Part shown: positions 22,298 through 31,198 of the stretch, piece by piece
Numbering within the stretch: the stretch's first letter is position 1
How the letters are laid out: each line of letters opens with the position of its first letter
NCBI RefSeq assembly: GCF_964059055.1
Contig: NZ_OZ060386.1
Coordinates: forward strand, 30,001-62,000
DNA: 32,000 nt
From: Buchnera aphidicola (Neophyllaphis podocarpi)
GTDB taxonomy: Bacteria > Pseudomonadota > Gammaproteobacteria > Enterobacterales > Enterobacteriaceae
Reading direction: 5' to 3'
The notes under the pieces: generated by a model
What the model saw: the letters and a program-made list of their open reading frames with translations, nothing else
The model's database searches: none
What the model was told of the DNA's origin: nothing
Translations under genes and position numbers: made by a program

Positions 22298-23128
22298 ATG
22301 AATTACTATCAAAATGTGTATAAAAATTTAATTTTTAATAAATATAATAAAATATATTCTTTTATATTGGATATTTTAGGTAAAAAAATAAGAAAAAATA
22401 GCACTAATAAATATATTTTAAATGATTTTTTTTTAAGTAAATGTAAAATAACAAACAATATTCCATATATAATTGGTATTACAGGTAGTGTTGCTGTAGG
22501 TAAAACTACTATTTCTAAATTATTGCAATTTTTATTACAAACAAGATTTAATAATTTTAAAATAGAATTAATAAATACTGATAGTTTTTTGTATCCAAAT
22601 TATATATTAAATAATATAGGATTGATGCATAAAAAAGGATTTCCCGAATCTTATGATATAAATTTATTATTTAGTTCTTTATTTAATATAAAAAAAGGTA
22701 TTTCTTCTGTTAGTATCCCTGTTTATTCACATAAAATTTATGATATTATTCCTAAATGTGAACAAGTTATTAATTTACCTGATATAATTATCATAGAAGG
22801 TTTAAATATCTTACAGAATATTCCAATATATAATCATATTTTAATTTCTGATTTTGTTGATTTTTCTATATATATTGATTCATCGGAAGAATTACTAAAA
22901 TGTTGGTATATAAATAGATTTTTTCAGTTAATTAAAAATTCTCGCTCTAATTTAAAATCTATTTTTTATAATTATAATAAAATTACTGAATTTAAAGTAT
23001 GTAAAATAGCTAATAAATTTTGGGAAGATATTAATTTATTAAATTTAAAATTAAACATTTTACCTACTCGCGATAAAGCAGATTTAATTATATATAAAAG
23101 TGATAATCATTCATTAAAATTAATATAA
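22298..23128 (+). CDS. coaA: type I pantothenate kinase (N-terminally shortened relative to E. coli)
   Basis: 276-aa ORF with the P-loop GSVAVGKTT. It also has KKGFPESYD, PVYSH.IYD, DIIIIEGLN, SDFVDFSIY.D, WYINRF and ILPTRD.ADLI. An in-frame TAG at 22289-22291 bounds the ORF. It is adjacent to and divergent from thrU, as in E. coli. Confidence 0.93.
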   Translation: MNYYQNVYKNLIFNKYNKIYSFILDILGKKIRKNSTNKYILNDFFLSKCKITNNIPYIIGITGSVAVGKTTISKLLQFLLQTRFNNFKIELINTDSFLYPNYILNNIGLMHKKGFPESYDINLLFSSLFNIKKGISSVSIPVYSHKIYDIIPKCEQVINLPDIIIIEGLNILQNIPIYNHILISDFVDFSIYIDSSEELLKCWYINRFFQLIKNSRSNLKSIFYNYNKITEFKVCKIANKFWEDINLLNLKLNILPTRDKADLIIYKSDNHSLKLI

Positions 23129-23145
23129 TGTATTATTATAAATTT

Positions 23146-24136
23146 TTATTTAAGTATTATTTTTCCATTTTTGATAACTTTAATTTGTTTATTAACTTTT
23201 ATTAATAAGTTTCCCTGCATGTCTATTCCTTTATTAATCCCTATAATATTATTATTTCCATTAAATAACTTAACTTTTTTATTTATATAATTATCAAATA
23301 TTAACCATTTATTTTTAAATTTCATAAAACCGTATTTATTAAATTTTTTTAGAGAATCTATTAGTTTATTTATCAATTTTGGAATTATTAAGTTTCTATC
23401 AATATTTATTCCTGATTCTATTAGACTAATCCATGGCTGATCTATCTCATTATCTGTATTAGAGTATTTCATTCGAACATTTATTCCAATTCCTATTGCT
23501 AAACTAATTTTTTTATAATTTTTATCACATGATTCTATTATTATCCCTGCTAATTTTTTATTATTTAGGTATAAATCATTTGGCCATTTAATTTTTATTT
23601 TTTTTACTCCTATATTTTTTAAAACTTCTGCGATACTTATAGTAATAATTATACTTATTCCTTTTTGTTTGAAATATTTTTGTTTGTTGAAACACCAATA
23701 CATTGATATATATATATTACATCCAAATGGTGAGAACCATTTTTTGTTTCTTTTTCCATATCCTTTTGTTTGATATTCAGAAATACATACATCTCCAGAT
23801 TTAAATTTTTTTATATTATTTAATAAATATTTGTTTGTAGAATTTATTACTGGAATATAAAAAATTTTTTTTTATCATATTATAAATATTTTTAATATTT
23901 AATAATTTTACACGATTTTTAAATGCATATTTTATATTATCACAGGTAATAATATTTAAACCCCATTTTTTTAGTATTCTAATTATGTTTCTAATATTTA
24001 TTTCATTTACTATATTTTTTTCTAATTTTTTGTTTATTTTTTTGATGGAATAAAATTTTCCGTCACTCATTATATTAATAATATTTATTATTTTTTTATT
24101 GTAATTAATATTATAATTTTTATATATTTTTTTCAT
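23146..24136 (-). pseudogene. birA: biotin-[acetyl-CoA-carboxylase] ligase / bio repressor BirA, with a single frameshift in an A9 tract (possibly still expressed)
   Basis: The N-terminal frame (24136 down to the A-tract) encodes the HTH region (..SDGKFYSIKKINKKL..). After the minus-strand A9 run (plus 23865-23873), homology continues in the +1 frame: IFYIPVINSTNKYLL..KSGDVCISEYQTKGYGKRNKKWFSPFGCNIYISMYWCF..KIKWPNDLY..KLAGIIIE. This frame is then open to the stop at 23146. The total of 991 nt equals 330 codons if one A is removed. Confidence 0.85.
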
Positions 24137-25144
24137 TTTTAGATCCGTATAATCTAACTTCTGGTTCTAACCATATATTGAATTTTTTTGCTACATTGTT
24201 TCTGATTTTTCTTGCTAAAGATATTATATCATTAGGTGTTGCGTTATTTTTATTTATTATTATTAGGGCTTGTTTATTATGTATTTGAGCTCCTCCTATT
24301 ATAGTTCCTTTTAAATTGCATTTTTCTATTAACCATCCTGCATATATTTTTATATCTCCATTTTTTTGGATATAAAAATGTAAATTTTTATTTTTTTTTA
24401 TTAAAATTTTAAATTTTTTATAATTTATTATTGGGTTTTTAAAAAAACTACCTGCATTTGCTATATTTTTTGGGTTTGGAATTTTTTTTTTCCTAATTGA
24501 ACATATTTTGTTATATATTTTGTGGGGTGTTAGTTTTTTATTATTTAAAATATTTAATCCATTATACTCATTTATAGGTTTCCATTTTTTGTATAACTTT
24601 ATACCTACAGATATTATTACATAATCTTTAAATTTATTAGTTTTAAAAATACTATGTCTATATCCAAAATAACAAAATTTTTTATAAATTCGTTTTATTT
24701 TTTTTGTTTTCAAAAACATTAAATCAATATAACTACATATATCTTTAAATTCTAGACCATATGCTCCTATATTATTTATTGGAGCTGATCCAACTAATCC
24801 TGGAATTAAAGCTAAATTTTCTAATCCAAATATCCCAATTTTTAATGTGTATTTAACTAATTCATTCCATTTTTCACCTGAATTAACATGTAGTATCCAA
24901 TGTTTTTTTTTTCTATGATATTTATACCTCTTATTCTGTTTATAAAAATAATACCAATATAATTTTTTAAGAACAGAATATTACTTCCTTCTCCTATTAT
25001 CAAATAAGGTAATTTTTTTTTTTTACATATTTTATAATTTATTAATAATTTTTTTATATCTTTGATAATAATAATTTTTTTTGCTTTAACATCAACAGAT
25101 AATGTATTAAATTTTTTTAATGAATTATTTTTTTTTAATATCAT
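24120..25144 (-). pseudogene. murB: UDP-N-acetylenolpyruvoylglucosamine reductase MurB, with a single frameshift in an A10 tract (possibly still expressed)
   Basis: The N-terminal frame (25144 down) reads ..LIIGEGSNILFL..INRIRGINIIEKK. After the minus-strand A10 run (plus 24903-24912), homology continues in another frame: HWILHVNSGEKWNELVKYTLKIGIFGLENLALIPGLVGSAPINNIGAYG..CYFGYRHSIFK..NAGSFFKNP..WLEPEVR. This frame is open to the stop at 24120. The total of 1025 nt becomes 342 codons with one extra A, matching E. coli MurB (342 aa). Confidence 0.88.
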
Positions 25145-25265
25145 GTTTATTCTTTATTTTGAAATTAAATTAAAATATAATTAATTTTAATAAACGATTT
25201 TGTTTATTATAATTTTATTAATAGTTTATATTATACAAACATTTTATAAGGATTTATATATTTAT

Positions 25266-26156
25266 ATGCATGTTTCTTACTCTCATTATATAGAATTACT
25301 ATATTACAATTTATTATACAAAAATAATAAAAAAATTAATTTTTCTTTTGAATTTTTCCCTCCTAAAAATAATAAAATGGAGAGTTGTTTGTGGAATTCT
25401 ATAAATCAATTAACTAGTTTTAAACCTAAATTTTTTTCAGTAACATATGGAGCTAATAGCGGAGAAAAACATAAAACAAGTGAAACAGTATACTCTATAA
25501 TGAAAAAAACTGGAATAAATACTGCTGCTCATTTAACTTGTATAGATTCTAATAAAAATGAATTAATAAATATAGCAAAAAATTATTGGAAAAATGGGGT
25601 TAATCATATTATAGCCCTTCGTGGAGATTCTTTTGATATAAATTCTAAACCTAGAATGCATGCTATTGATTTAGTTTATTTATTAAAAGAAGTAGCAGAT
25701 TTTGATATATCTGTTGCTGGATATCCTGAAGTTCATCCTGAAGCTAATAATTCTCAATATGATTTAGTAAATTTAAAAAATAAAGTACAAGCAGGAGCTA
25801 ATAGAGTAATTACTCAGTTTTTTTTTGATACTTCTGCTTATTTAAGATTTAGAGATAGATGCGCAAAGATTGGAATAAATGTAGAAATTATTCCTGGTAT
25901 TTTACCTATTTATAATTTTAATCAAATTAAAAAATTTGCATCTACTACAAATGTAAAGATTCCACTTTGGGCTCATAAAATATTTGGTAGTTTGGAAAAT
26001 AATCCAGATGTTAATAAAATATTATCTGCCCATATTGTTATTAATATGATAAGTGTGTTATGTTCTGAAGGAATACAAAATTTTCACTTTTATACTTTAA
26101 ATAAATCAGAAATAATTTATCCTATTTGTCATTTATTAAAATCTAATACAATATAA
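25266..26156 (+). CDS. metF: 5,10-methylenetetrahydrofolate reductase
   Basis: 296 aa from the ATG at 25266, the same length as E. coli MetF. Shared motifs include SFEFFPP, VTYGANSGE, AAHLTC, ALRGD, ISVAGYPEVHPEA, ITQFFFD and HFYTLN. A TAAGGA Shine-Dalgarno-like motif lies about 14 nt upstream. The TTG at 25200 in the ORF track adds 22 non-homologous residues. Confidence 0.93.
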   Translation: MHVSYSHYIELLYYNLLYKNNKKINFSFEFFPPKNNKMESCLWNSINQLTSFKPKFFSVTYGANSGEKHKTSETVYSIMKKTGINTAAHLTCIDSNKNELINIAKNYWKNGVNHIIALRGDSFDINSKPRMHAIDLVYLLKEVADFDISVAGYPEVHPEANNSQYDLVNLKNKVQAGANRVITQFFFDTSAYLRFRDRCAKIGINVEIIPGILPIYNFNQIKKFASTTNVKIPLWAHKIFGSLENNPDVNKILSAHIVINMISVLCSEGIQNFHFYTLNKSEIIYPICHLLKSNTI

Positions 26157-26414
26157 TTATTATTTAATTTATATATTAAAATTTATTTTTTAATTAAAGA
26201 TTAATATTTTGTAACATTAAACTATTAAAATTATTTATAAATGAAATATTTCTTTATATTTTAAGTTTAGCATTATATCTAACAATTATTCTAAATAAAA
26301 TTAAATTATATAATAAATTAATGTTTTATCAATTTTATTAATATTTATTAATCTATCTATTTATTTTTTAATTTTATTTTATTTTTTAACAAAATATAAT
26401 TGGGTTTATTTTAA

Positions 26415-27620
26415 ATGAAAAAAAAATTAATTAAAAAAGTTATTTTAGCTTATTCTGGAGGATTAGATACTTCAGTTATTATTCCTTGGTTAAAAGAAAA
26501 TTATAAGTGTGAAGTTATTGCTTTTGTTGCTGATATTGGACAAAATAAGGAAGATTTAAATAATATTGAAGATAAAGCTTTAATGTCAGGTGCTAGTAGT
26601 TGTTATATATTAGATTTAAAAGAAGAATTTATAAGTAATTATGTGTTTCCTATTCTAAAAATAGGAGCATTATATGAAGGTAATTATTTATTAGGTACAG
26701 CTATAGCTAGACCTCTTATAGCTAAAGCTCAAGTAGATTTAGCTAATAAATTAAATGCTGATGCTTTGTGTCATGGATCTACTGGTAAAGGTAATGATCA
26801 AATACGTTTTGAGGTATCATATGCATCTTTAGATTCAAGATTAACAGTTTTGGCTCCTTGGAGAGAATGGAATTTGAATTCTCGAGAAGATTTATTAAAA
26901 TATTTATCTGATAGAAATATTCCAACATCAACTACATTAAAAAAAATCTATAGCAGAGATGAAAATGCTTTTCATATATCCACAGAAGGTGGAATTTTAG
27001 AAAATACATATAATGCTACTAATAAAGATTGTTGGGTTTGGACCAAAGATTTAGAAGATACTCCAGATGTTTCTGAAAAAATTTCTATTACTTTCAATAA
27101 AGGTATTATTTCTTCTATAAATGGTATTAATTTAAGTCCTTTTAATTGTATAGATAAATTAAATAAAATAGGCTCTATACATGGAATAGGGCGTGTAGAT
27201 ATTGTAGAAAATCGTTTAATAGGAATTAAATCTAGAGGTTGTTACGAAACTCCAGGAGGAACTATTATTTTTAAATCTTTAAGATCTTTAGAGCAAATAG
27301 TTCTTGATCGTGAATGTTTAAGGTGGAGAGAAAAATTAGGCGCAGAAATGTCTAATATAGTTTATGATGGAAAATGGTTTTCTCCGATACGAGAAGCTAT
27401 ACAATCTTCATCTGATTTTTTATCTAATTTATTAAATGGTGAAATAGTATTAAAACTTTATAAAGGTAATATAATAGTTTTACAAAAAAAATCACCTAAT
27501 TCTTTATATTCTAGAGAATATGCTACTTTTAATAATGATAGTGTTTACAATCATAAGGATGCTACTGGTTTTATTCGACTTTTTAGTCTTTCTGATAAAA
27601 TTCGTTCTTCTATTAAATAA
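26415..27620 (+). CDS. argG: argininosuccinate synthase (short, roughly 400-aa type)
   Basis: 401-aa ORF with the ATP-binding motif AYSGGLDTS. It also has HGSTGKGNDQIRFE, YSRDEN.FHIS.EGG and ENR.IG.KSRG.YETPGG. Confidence 0.96.
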   Translation: MKKKLIKKVILAYSGGLDTSVIIPWLKENYKCEVIAFVADIGQNKEDLNNIEDKALMSGASSCYILDLKEEFISNYVFPILKIGALYEGNYLLGTAIARPLIAKAQVDLANKLNADALCHGSTGKGNDQIRFEVSYASLDSRLTVLAPWREWNLNSREDLLKYLSDRNIPTSTTLKKIYSRDENAFHISTEGGILENTYNATNKDCWVWTKDLEDTPDVSEKISITFNKGIISSINGINLSPFNCIDKLNKIGSIHGIGRVDIVENRLIGIKSRGCYETPGGTIIFKSLRSLEQIVLDRECLRWREKLGAEMSNIVYDGKWFSPIREAIQSSSDFLSNLLNGEIVLKLYKGNIIVLQKKSPNSLYSREYATFNNDSVYNHKDATGFIRLFSLSDKIRSSIK

Positions 27621-27680
27621 AAATATAATTTAGAATTTTTATATATTTTATTTTATATTAAGTACGATTATGGAGTTTTT

Positions 27681-29057
27681 ATGAAGTTGTGGGGTGGTAG
27701 ATTTACTAAAAAATTAAATAATGATTTTAAAAATTTTAATAATTCTTTACATATTGATTATATTTTAATAGAACAAGATATTATAGGTTCTATAGCTTGG
27801 TCTAAAGCTCTTTTGAAAGCTAATGTATTAAATGTACATGAACAAAATAAAATAGAAAATGCATTGAATATTTTATTAAAACAATCTAAAAAAGATTTTA
27901 GCTTAATATCTAATGGACAAGAAGAGGATATACATACTTGGGTTGAAAAACGTTTAATTGATATGCTGGGAGATTTAGGAAAAAAAATTCATACAGGTAG
28001 AAGTCGTAATGATCAGATTGCTACTGATTTAAGATTATGGTGTAAATATAATGTTAATAATATATTAATATGTATAAAAAAATTTCAATTATCTTTAATT
28101 AATGCAGCTGAAAAATACAAAAAAACTATTATGCCTGGTTATACTCATTTACAGAGAGCTCAACCTATAACTTTTGGTTATTGGTGTTTAGCTTATGTAT
28201 CAATGCTAACTAGAGATAAGCATAGACTAAAAGATGCATTAAAAAGAATAGATGTTAGTCCTTTGGGTTCAGGGGCTCTTGCTGGTACTTCTTGGAATAT
28301 TGACAGAGATAAATTGGCAAATACCTTAGGATTTTCTGAATCAAGTGTCAATAGTTTAGATAGTGTTTCTGATCGTGATTATATTATTGAAATATTATCT
28401 TCTGCTTCGATAGGTATGATGCATTTATCTAGATTTTCTGAAGATTTAATTTTTTTTAATTCAAGCGAAGCTAATTTCATTGAACTTTCTGAATCTGTAA
28501 CATCAGGTTCATCTCTTATGCCTCAAAAAAAGAACCCTGATTCTTTAGAATTAATTAGAGGTAAATGCGGAAGTGTTTATGGTTCTTTAATTAATGTATT
28601 AGTTATGTTGAAAGGATTACCTTTGTCTTATAATAAAGATATGCAGGAAGACAAAAAATCTCTTTTTGATTCCATAAAAACTTGGATTAATTGCTTGCAA
28701 ATTTCTACTTTGGTTATAGACACTATAATTGTAGATTATAAATCTTGCTATGATAGTGCTAAAAAGAGTTATTCAAACGCTACTGAACTTGCAGATTATT
28801 TAGTAAATAAAGGAATAACTTTTCGTGAAGCTCATTATATAGTTGGAAAGTTAGTTGTTGAATCAATTAAAAAAAATTTATTATTAGAAGATCTTGAACT
28901 ATCTTTTATGCAGAAATTTAGTTGTTTAATTAAAAAAGATGTTTATAATTTTCTTAGTTTAGAATCTTGTATAAATAAAAGAAACTCTAAAGGAGGTGTT
29001 TCATATAATCAAATAGATTTAGCAATTAATTTAGCTAAAAAAGAATTAATTAAATAA
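27681..29057 (+). CDS. argH: argininosuccinate lyase
   Basis: 458-aa ORF starting MKLWGGRF. It has [22 protein letters not shown] and the fumarate-lyase signature [12 protein letters not shown]. Confidence 0.96.
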   Translation: MKLWGGRFTKKLNNDFKNFNNSLHIDYILIEQDIIGSIAWSKALLKANVLNVHEQNKIENALNILLKQSKKDFSLISNGQEEDIHTWVEKRLIDMLGDLGKKIHTGRSRNDQIATDLRLWCKYNVNNILICIKKFQLSLINAAEKYKKTIMPGYTHLQRAQPITFGYWCLAYVSMLTRDKHRLKDALKRIDVSPLGSGALAGTSWNIDRDKLANTLGFSESSVNSLDSVSDRDYIIEILSSASIGMMHLSRFSEDLIFFNSSEANFIELSESVTSGSSLMPQKKNPDSLELIRGKCGSVYGSLINVLVMLKGLPLSYNKDMQEDKKSLFDSIKTWINCLQISTLVIDTIIVDYKSCYDSAKKSYSNATELADYLVNKGITFREAHYIVGKLVVESIKKNLLLEDLELSFMQKFSCLIKKDVYNFLSLESCINKRNSKGGVSYNQIDLAINLAKKELIK

Positions 29058-29101
29058 ATTATATTTTTTTAATAATATTTAAACTTATTAAAGTTTTAAT
29101 A

Positions 29102-29176
29102 ATCGTTTACATAACTAATAAATCTATCTATAAAATTAGAATTTTTATTAGTTGTTTTACTTTATATGTAAACGAT
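29102..29176. terminator. two-part inverted repeat between convergent argH and rpoD (putative terminator)
   Basis: The outer arms are ATCGTTTACATA (29102-29113) / TATGTAAACGAT (29165-29176). The inner arms are ACTAATAAA (29114-29122) / TTTATTAGT (29144-29152). A 12-nt asymmetric bulge lies on the right side. Confidence 0.35.
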
Positions 29177-29188
29177 AATTTATTTTGA

Positions 29189-31072
29189 TTAATCATCTAA
29201 AAAACTTCTAAGAATTTCTGATCTGCTAGGATGTCGTAATTTTCTAAGAGCTTTTGCTTCTATTTGGCGTATTCTTTCTCTTGTTACATCAAATTGTTTT
29301 CCTACTTCTTCTAAGGTATGATCTGTTGTCATATCAATACCAAATCTCATTCTTAAAACTTTTGCTTCTCTTGCAGTTAATCCGGATAAAACATCATGTG
29401 TTGCTGTACGTAAACTGTCCGAAGTTGCAGATTCTAATGGTAATTCTATATTTGTATCTTCAATAAAATCTCCTAAATGAGAATCGTCATCATCTCCTAT
29501 AGGAGTTTCCATAGATATAGGTTCTTTAGCAATTTTTAAAACTTTTCTTATTTTATCTTCTGGAATCATCATTCTTTCAGATAATTCTTCTGGAGTTGGT
29601 TCTCTTCCTATTTCTTGTAATATCTGTCTTGATATTCTATTTAATTTATTTATTGTTTCTATCATATGTACAGGAATTCTTATTGTTCTGGCTTGATCTG
29701 CTATAGATCTAGTTATAGCTTGTCTTATCCACCATGTAGCATATGTAGAAAATTTATATCCTCTCCTATATTCAAATTTATCTACAGCTTTCATCAAACC
29801 TATATTTCCCTCTTGTATTAAATCTAAAAATTGTAATCCTCTATTAGTATATTTTTTTGCTATAGATATTACTAATCTTAAATTAGCTTCAACCATTTCC
29901 TTTTTAGCTCTTTTTGCTCTTGCTTCTCCTATAGACATCCTTCTATTTATATCTTTAATCTCTTTTATACTTAGTCCTGTTTGTTTTTCAATTTCGATTA
30001 ATTTCTTTAAACTGAAATTAATTTCTTCTTTAATATCTAAAATTTTATTAAACCATGATTCATTTTTGTTTTTAGCTATTTTGAACCATATTTTATTTAT
30101 TTTATTTACAGAAAAAATGTATATGAAATTTTTTTTTGTCATTTTACATGTTTCCATACATAAATTCATTATTATTTTTTCTTGTTTTCTTATTTTTTTT
30201 ATTGTTTTTCTTACATTATTAACTAAGTAATCAAATTGTTTTTGTACTAATCTAAATTGTTTAAAAATTTCAGACAAATTTTTTATTGCTACAATGCAAT
30301 CCTTATGTTTTCTGTTTTTATTTTTAATTTTTTTAAAAGTATTTATATATTGATATTTTAGTTCAGAAAATTTTTCTTTTGCTAATATTGGATCTATACA
30401 ATTTTCATCTTCATCTATGTTATCATCTGAATTTGCATGTTCATTGATATCTTCATCTATGTTATCATCTGAATTTGCATGTTCATTGATATCTTCATCT
30501 ATGCTTTTTGATATATTAGAATTAAAATCTATAATTGTAGATGCAATTATTTCTGTATTATTAGGATCTATAAAACCAGTAATAATTTCAGATAATCGCA
30601 TATTTCCTGATTTTACTTTCTCATATTGTTCTAATAAATATGTAATTGCTTCTGGATATTCAGCTATAGAAGATTGTACTTGATTAATTCCATCTTCTAT
30701 TCTTTTAGCTATGTTTATTTCACCTTCTCTAGTTAAAAGTTCTACTGTACCCATTTCTCTCATATACATTCTAACTGGATCTGTTGTTCTTCCTATATCT
30801 GATTCCACATTAGATAAAACTTGTACTGCTGCTTCTGCTACATCTTCATCTGCATTTGTATTGTTTTCATTTAAAATTAAATCATCAGCATCTGGTGCTT
30901 CTTCAACCACCTGAATACCCATATCATTAATCATCTGTATAATATCTTTTATTTGTTCGGAATCTATAATATCTTCCGGCAGATGGTCATTGATCTCAGC
31001 ATAAGTCAGATAGCCTTGCTCCTTACCATGTGTGACAAGTTGCTTAAGCTGTGACTGCGAGTTTTGTTCCAT
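29189..31072 (-). CDS. rpoD: RNA polymerase sigma-70 factor RpoD
   Basis: The ORF is open from the ATG at 31087 (632 aa). The ATG at 31072 gives [35 protein letters not shown].., which matches the E. coli N-terminus ([35 protein letters not shown]). Regions 2-4 are almost identical to E. coli ([63 protein letters not shown]; ..RSFLDD-stop). Confidence 0.98.
   Translation of the reverse strand: MEQNSQSQLKQLVTHGKEQGYLTYAEINDHLPEDIIDSEQIKDIIQMINDMGIQVVEEAPDADDLILNENNTNADEDVAEAAVQVLSNVESDIGRTTDPVRMYMREMGTVELLTREGEINIAKRIEDGINQVQSSIAEYPEAITYLLEQYEKVKSGNMRLSEIITGFIDPNNTEIIASTIIDFNSNISKSIDEDINEHANSDDNIDEDINEHANSDDNIDEDENCIDPILAKEKFSELKYQYINTFKKIKNKNRKHKDCIVAIKNLSEIFKQFRLVQKQFDYLVNNVRKTIKKIRKQEKIIMNLCMETCKMTKKNFIYIFSVNKINKIWFKIAKNKNESWFNKILDIKEEINFSLKKLIEIEKQTGLSIKEIKDINRRMSIGEARAKRAKKEMVEANLRLVISIAKKYTNRGLQFLDLIQEGNIGLMKAVDKFEYRRGYKFSTYATWWIRQAITRSIADQARTIRIPVHMIETINKLNRISRQILQEIGREPTPEELSERMMIPEDKIRKVLKIAKEPISMETPIGDDDDSHLGDFIEDTNIELPLESATSDSLRTATHDVLSGLTAREAKVLRMRFGIDMTTDHTLEEVGKQFDVTRERIRQIEAKALRKLRHPSRSEILRSFLDD
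30407..30503 (-). repeat. perfect 42-bp tandem direct repeat (about 2.3 copies) inside rpoD
   Basis: CTTCATCTATG recurs at 30409, 30451 and 30493, a period of 42. The intervening sequence is identical from 30407 to 30503. It is in frame and encodes [14 protein letters not shown] twice in the acidic non-conserved region. Confidence 0.95.
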
Positions 31073-31198
31073 AAGACGGTTATCCATAATTATATTTTGA
31101 GATTGTATTATTAATTGTTTTAAATAAACAATTTGATTATTGAATATAATAATTAAATTTTGTAAATTTTTTAAATTAATCTTTAATAATTTAAAATT

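Noticed and set aside
25200-25265. TTG start at 25200 for metF, as given by the ORF track
   Set aside because: It adds 22 hydrophobic residues with no counterpart in MetF. The ATG at 25266 gives exactly the E. coli length and has a TAAGGA Shine-Dalgarno-like motif upstream.
29254-30914. Plus-strand ORFs inside rpoD (29254-29466, 30417-30683, 30711-30914)
   Set aside because: They are antisense to rpoD. The repeated [14 protein letters not shown] peptide is just the reverse reading of the 42-bp tandem repeat.
31113-31133. 8-bp AT-only hairpin (AATTGTTT/AAACAATT) in the dnaG-rpoD spacer, considered as a terminator or processing site
   Set aside because: The stem is all A-T and thermodynamically weak with no convincing U-tract, so it is probably coincidental.
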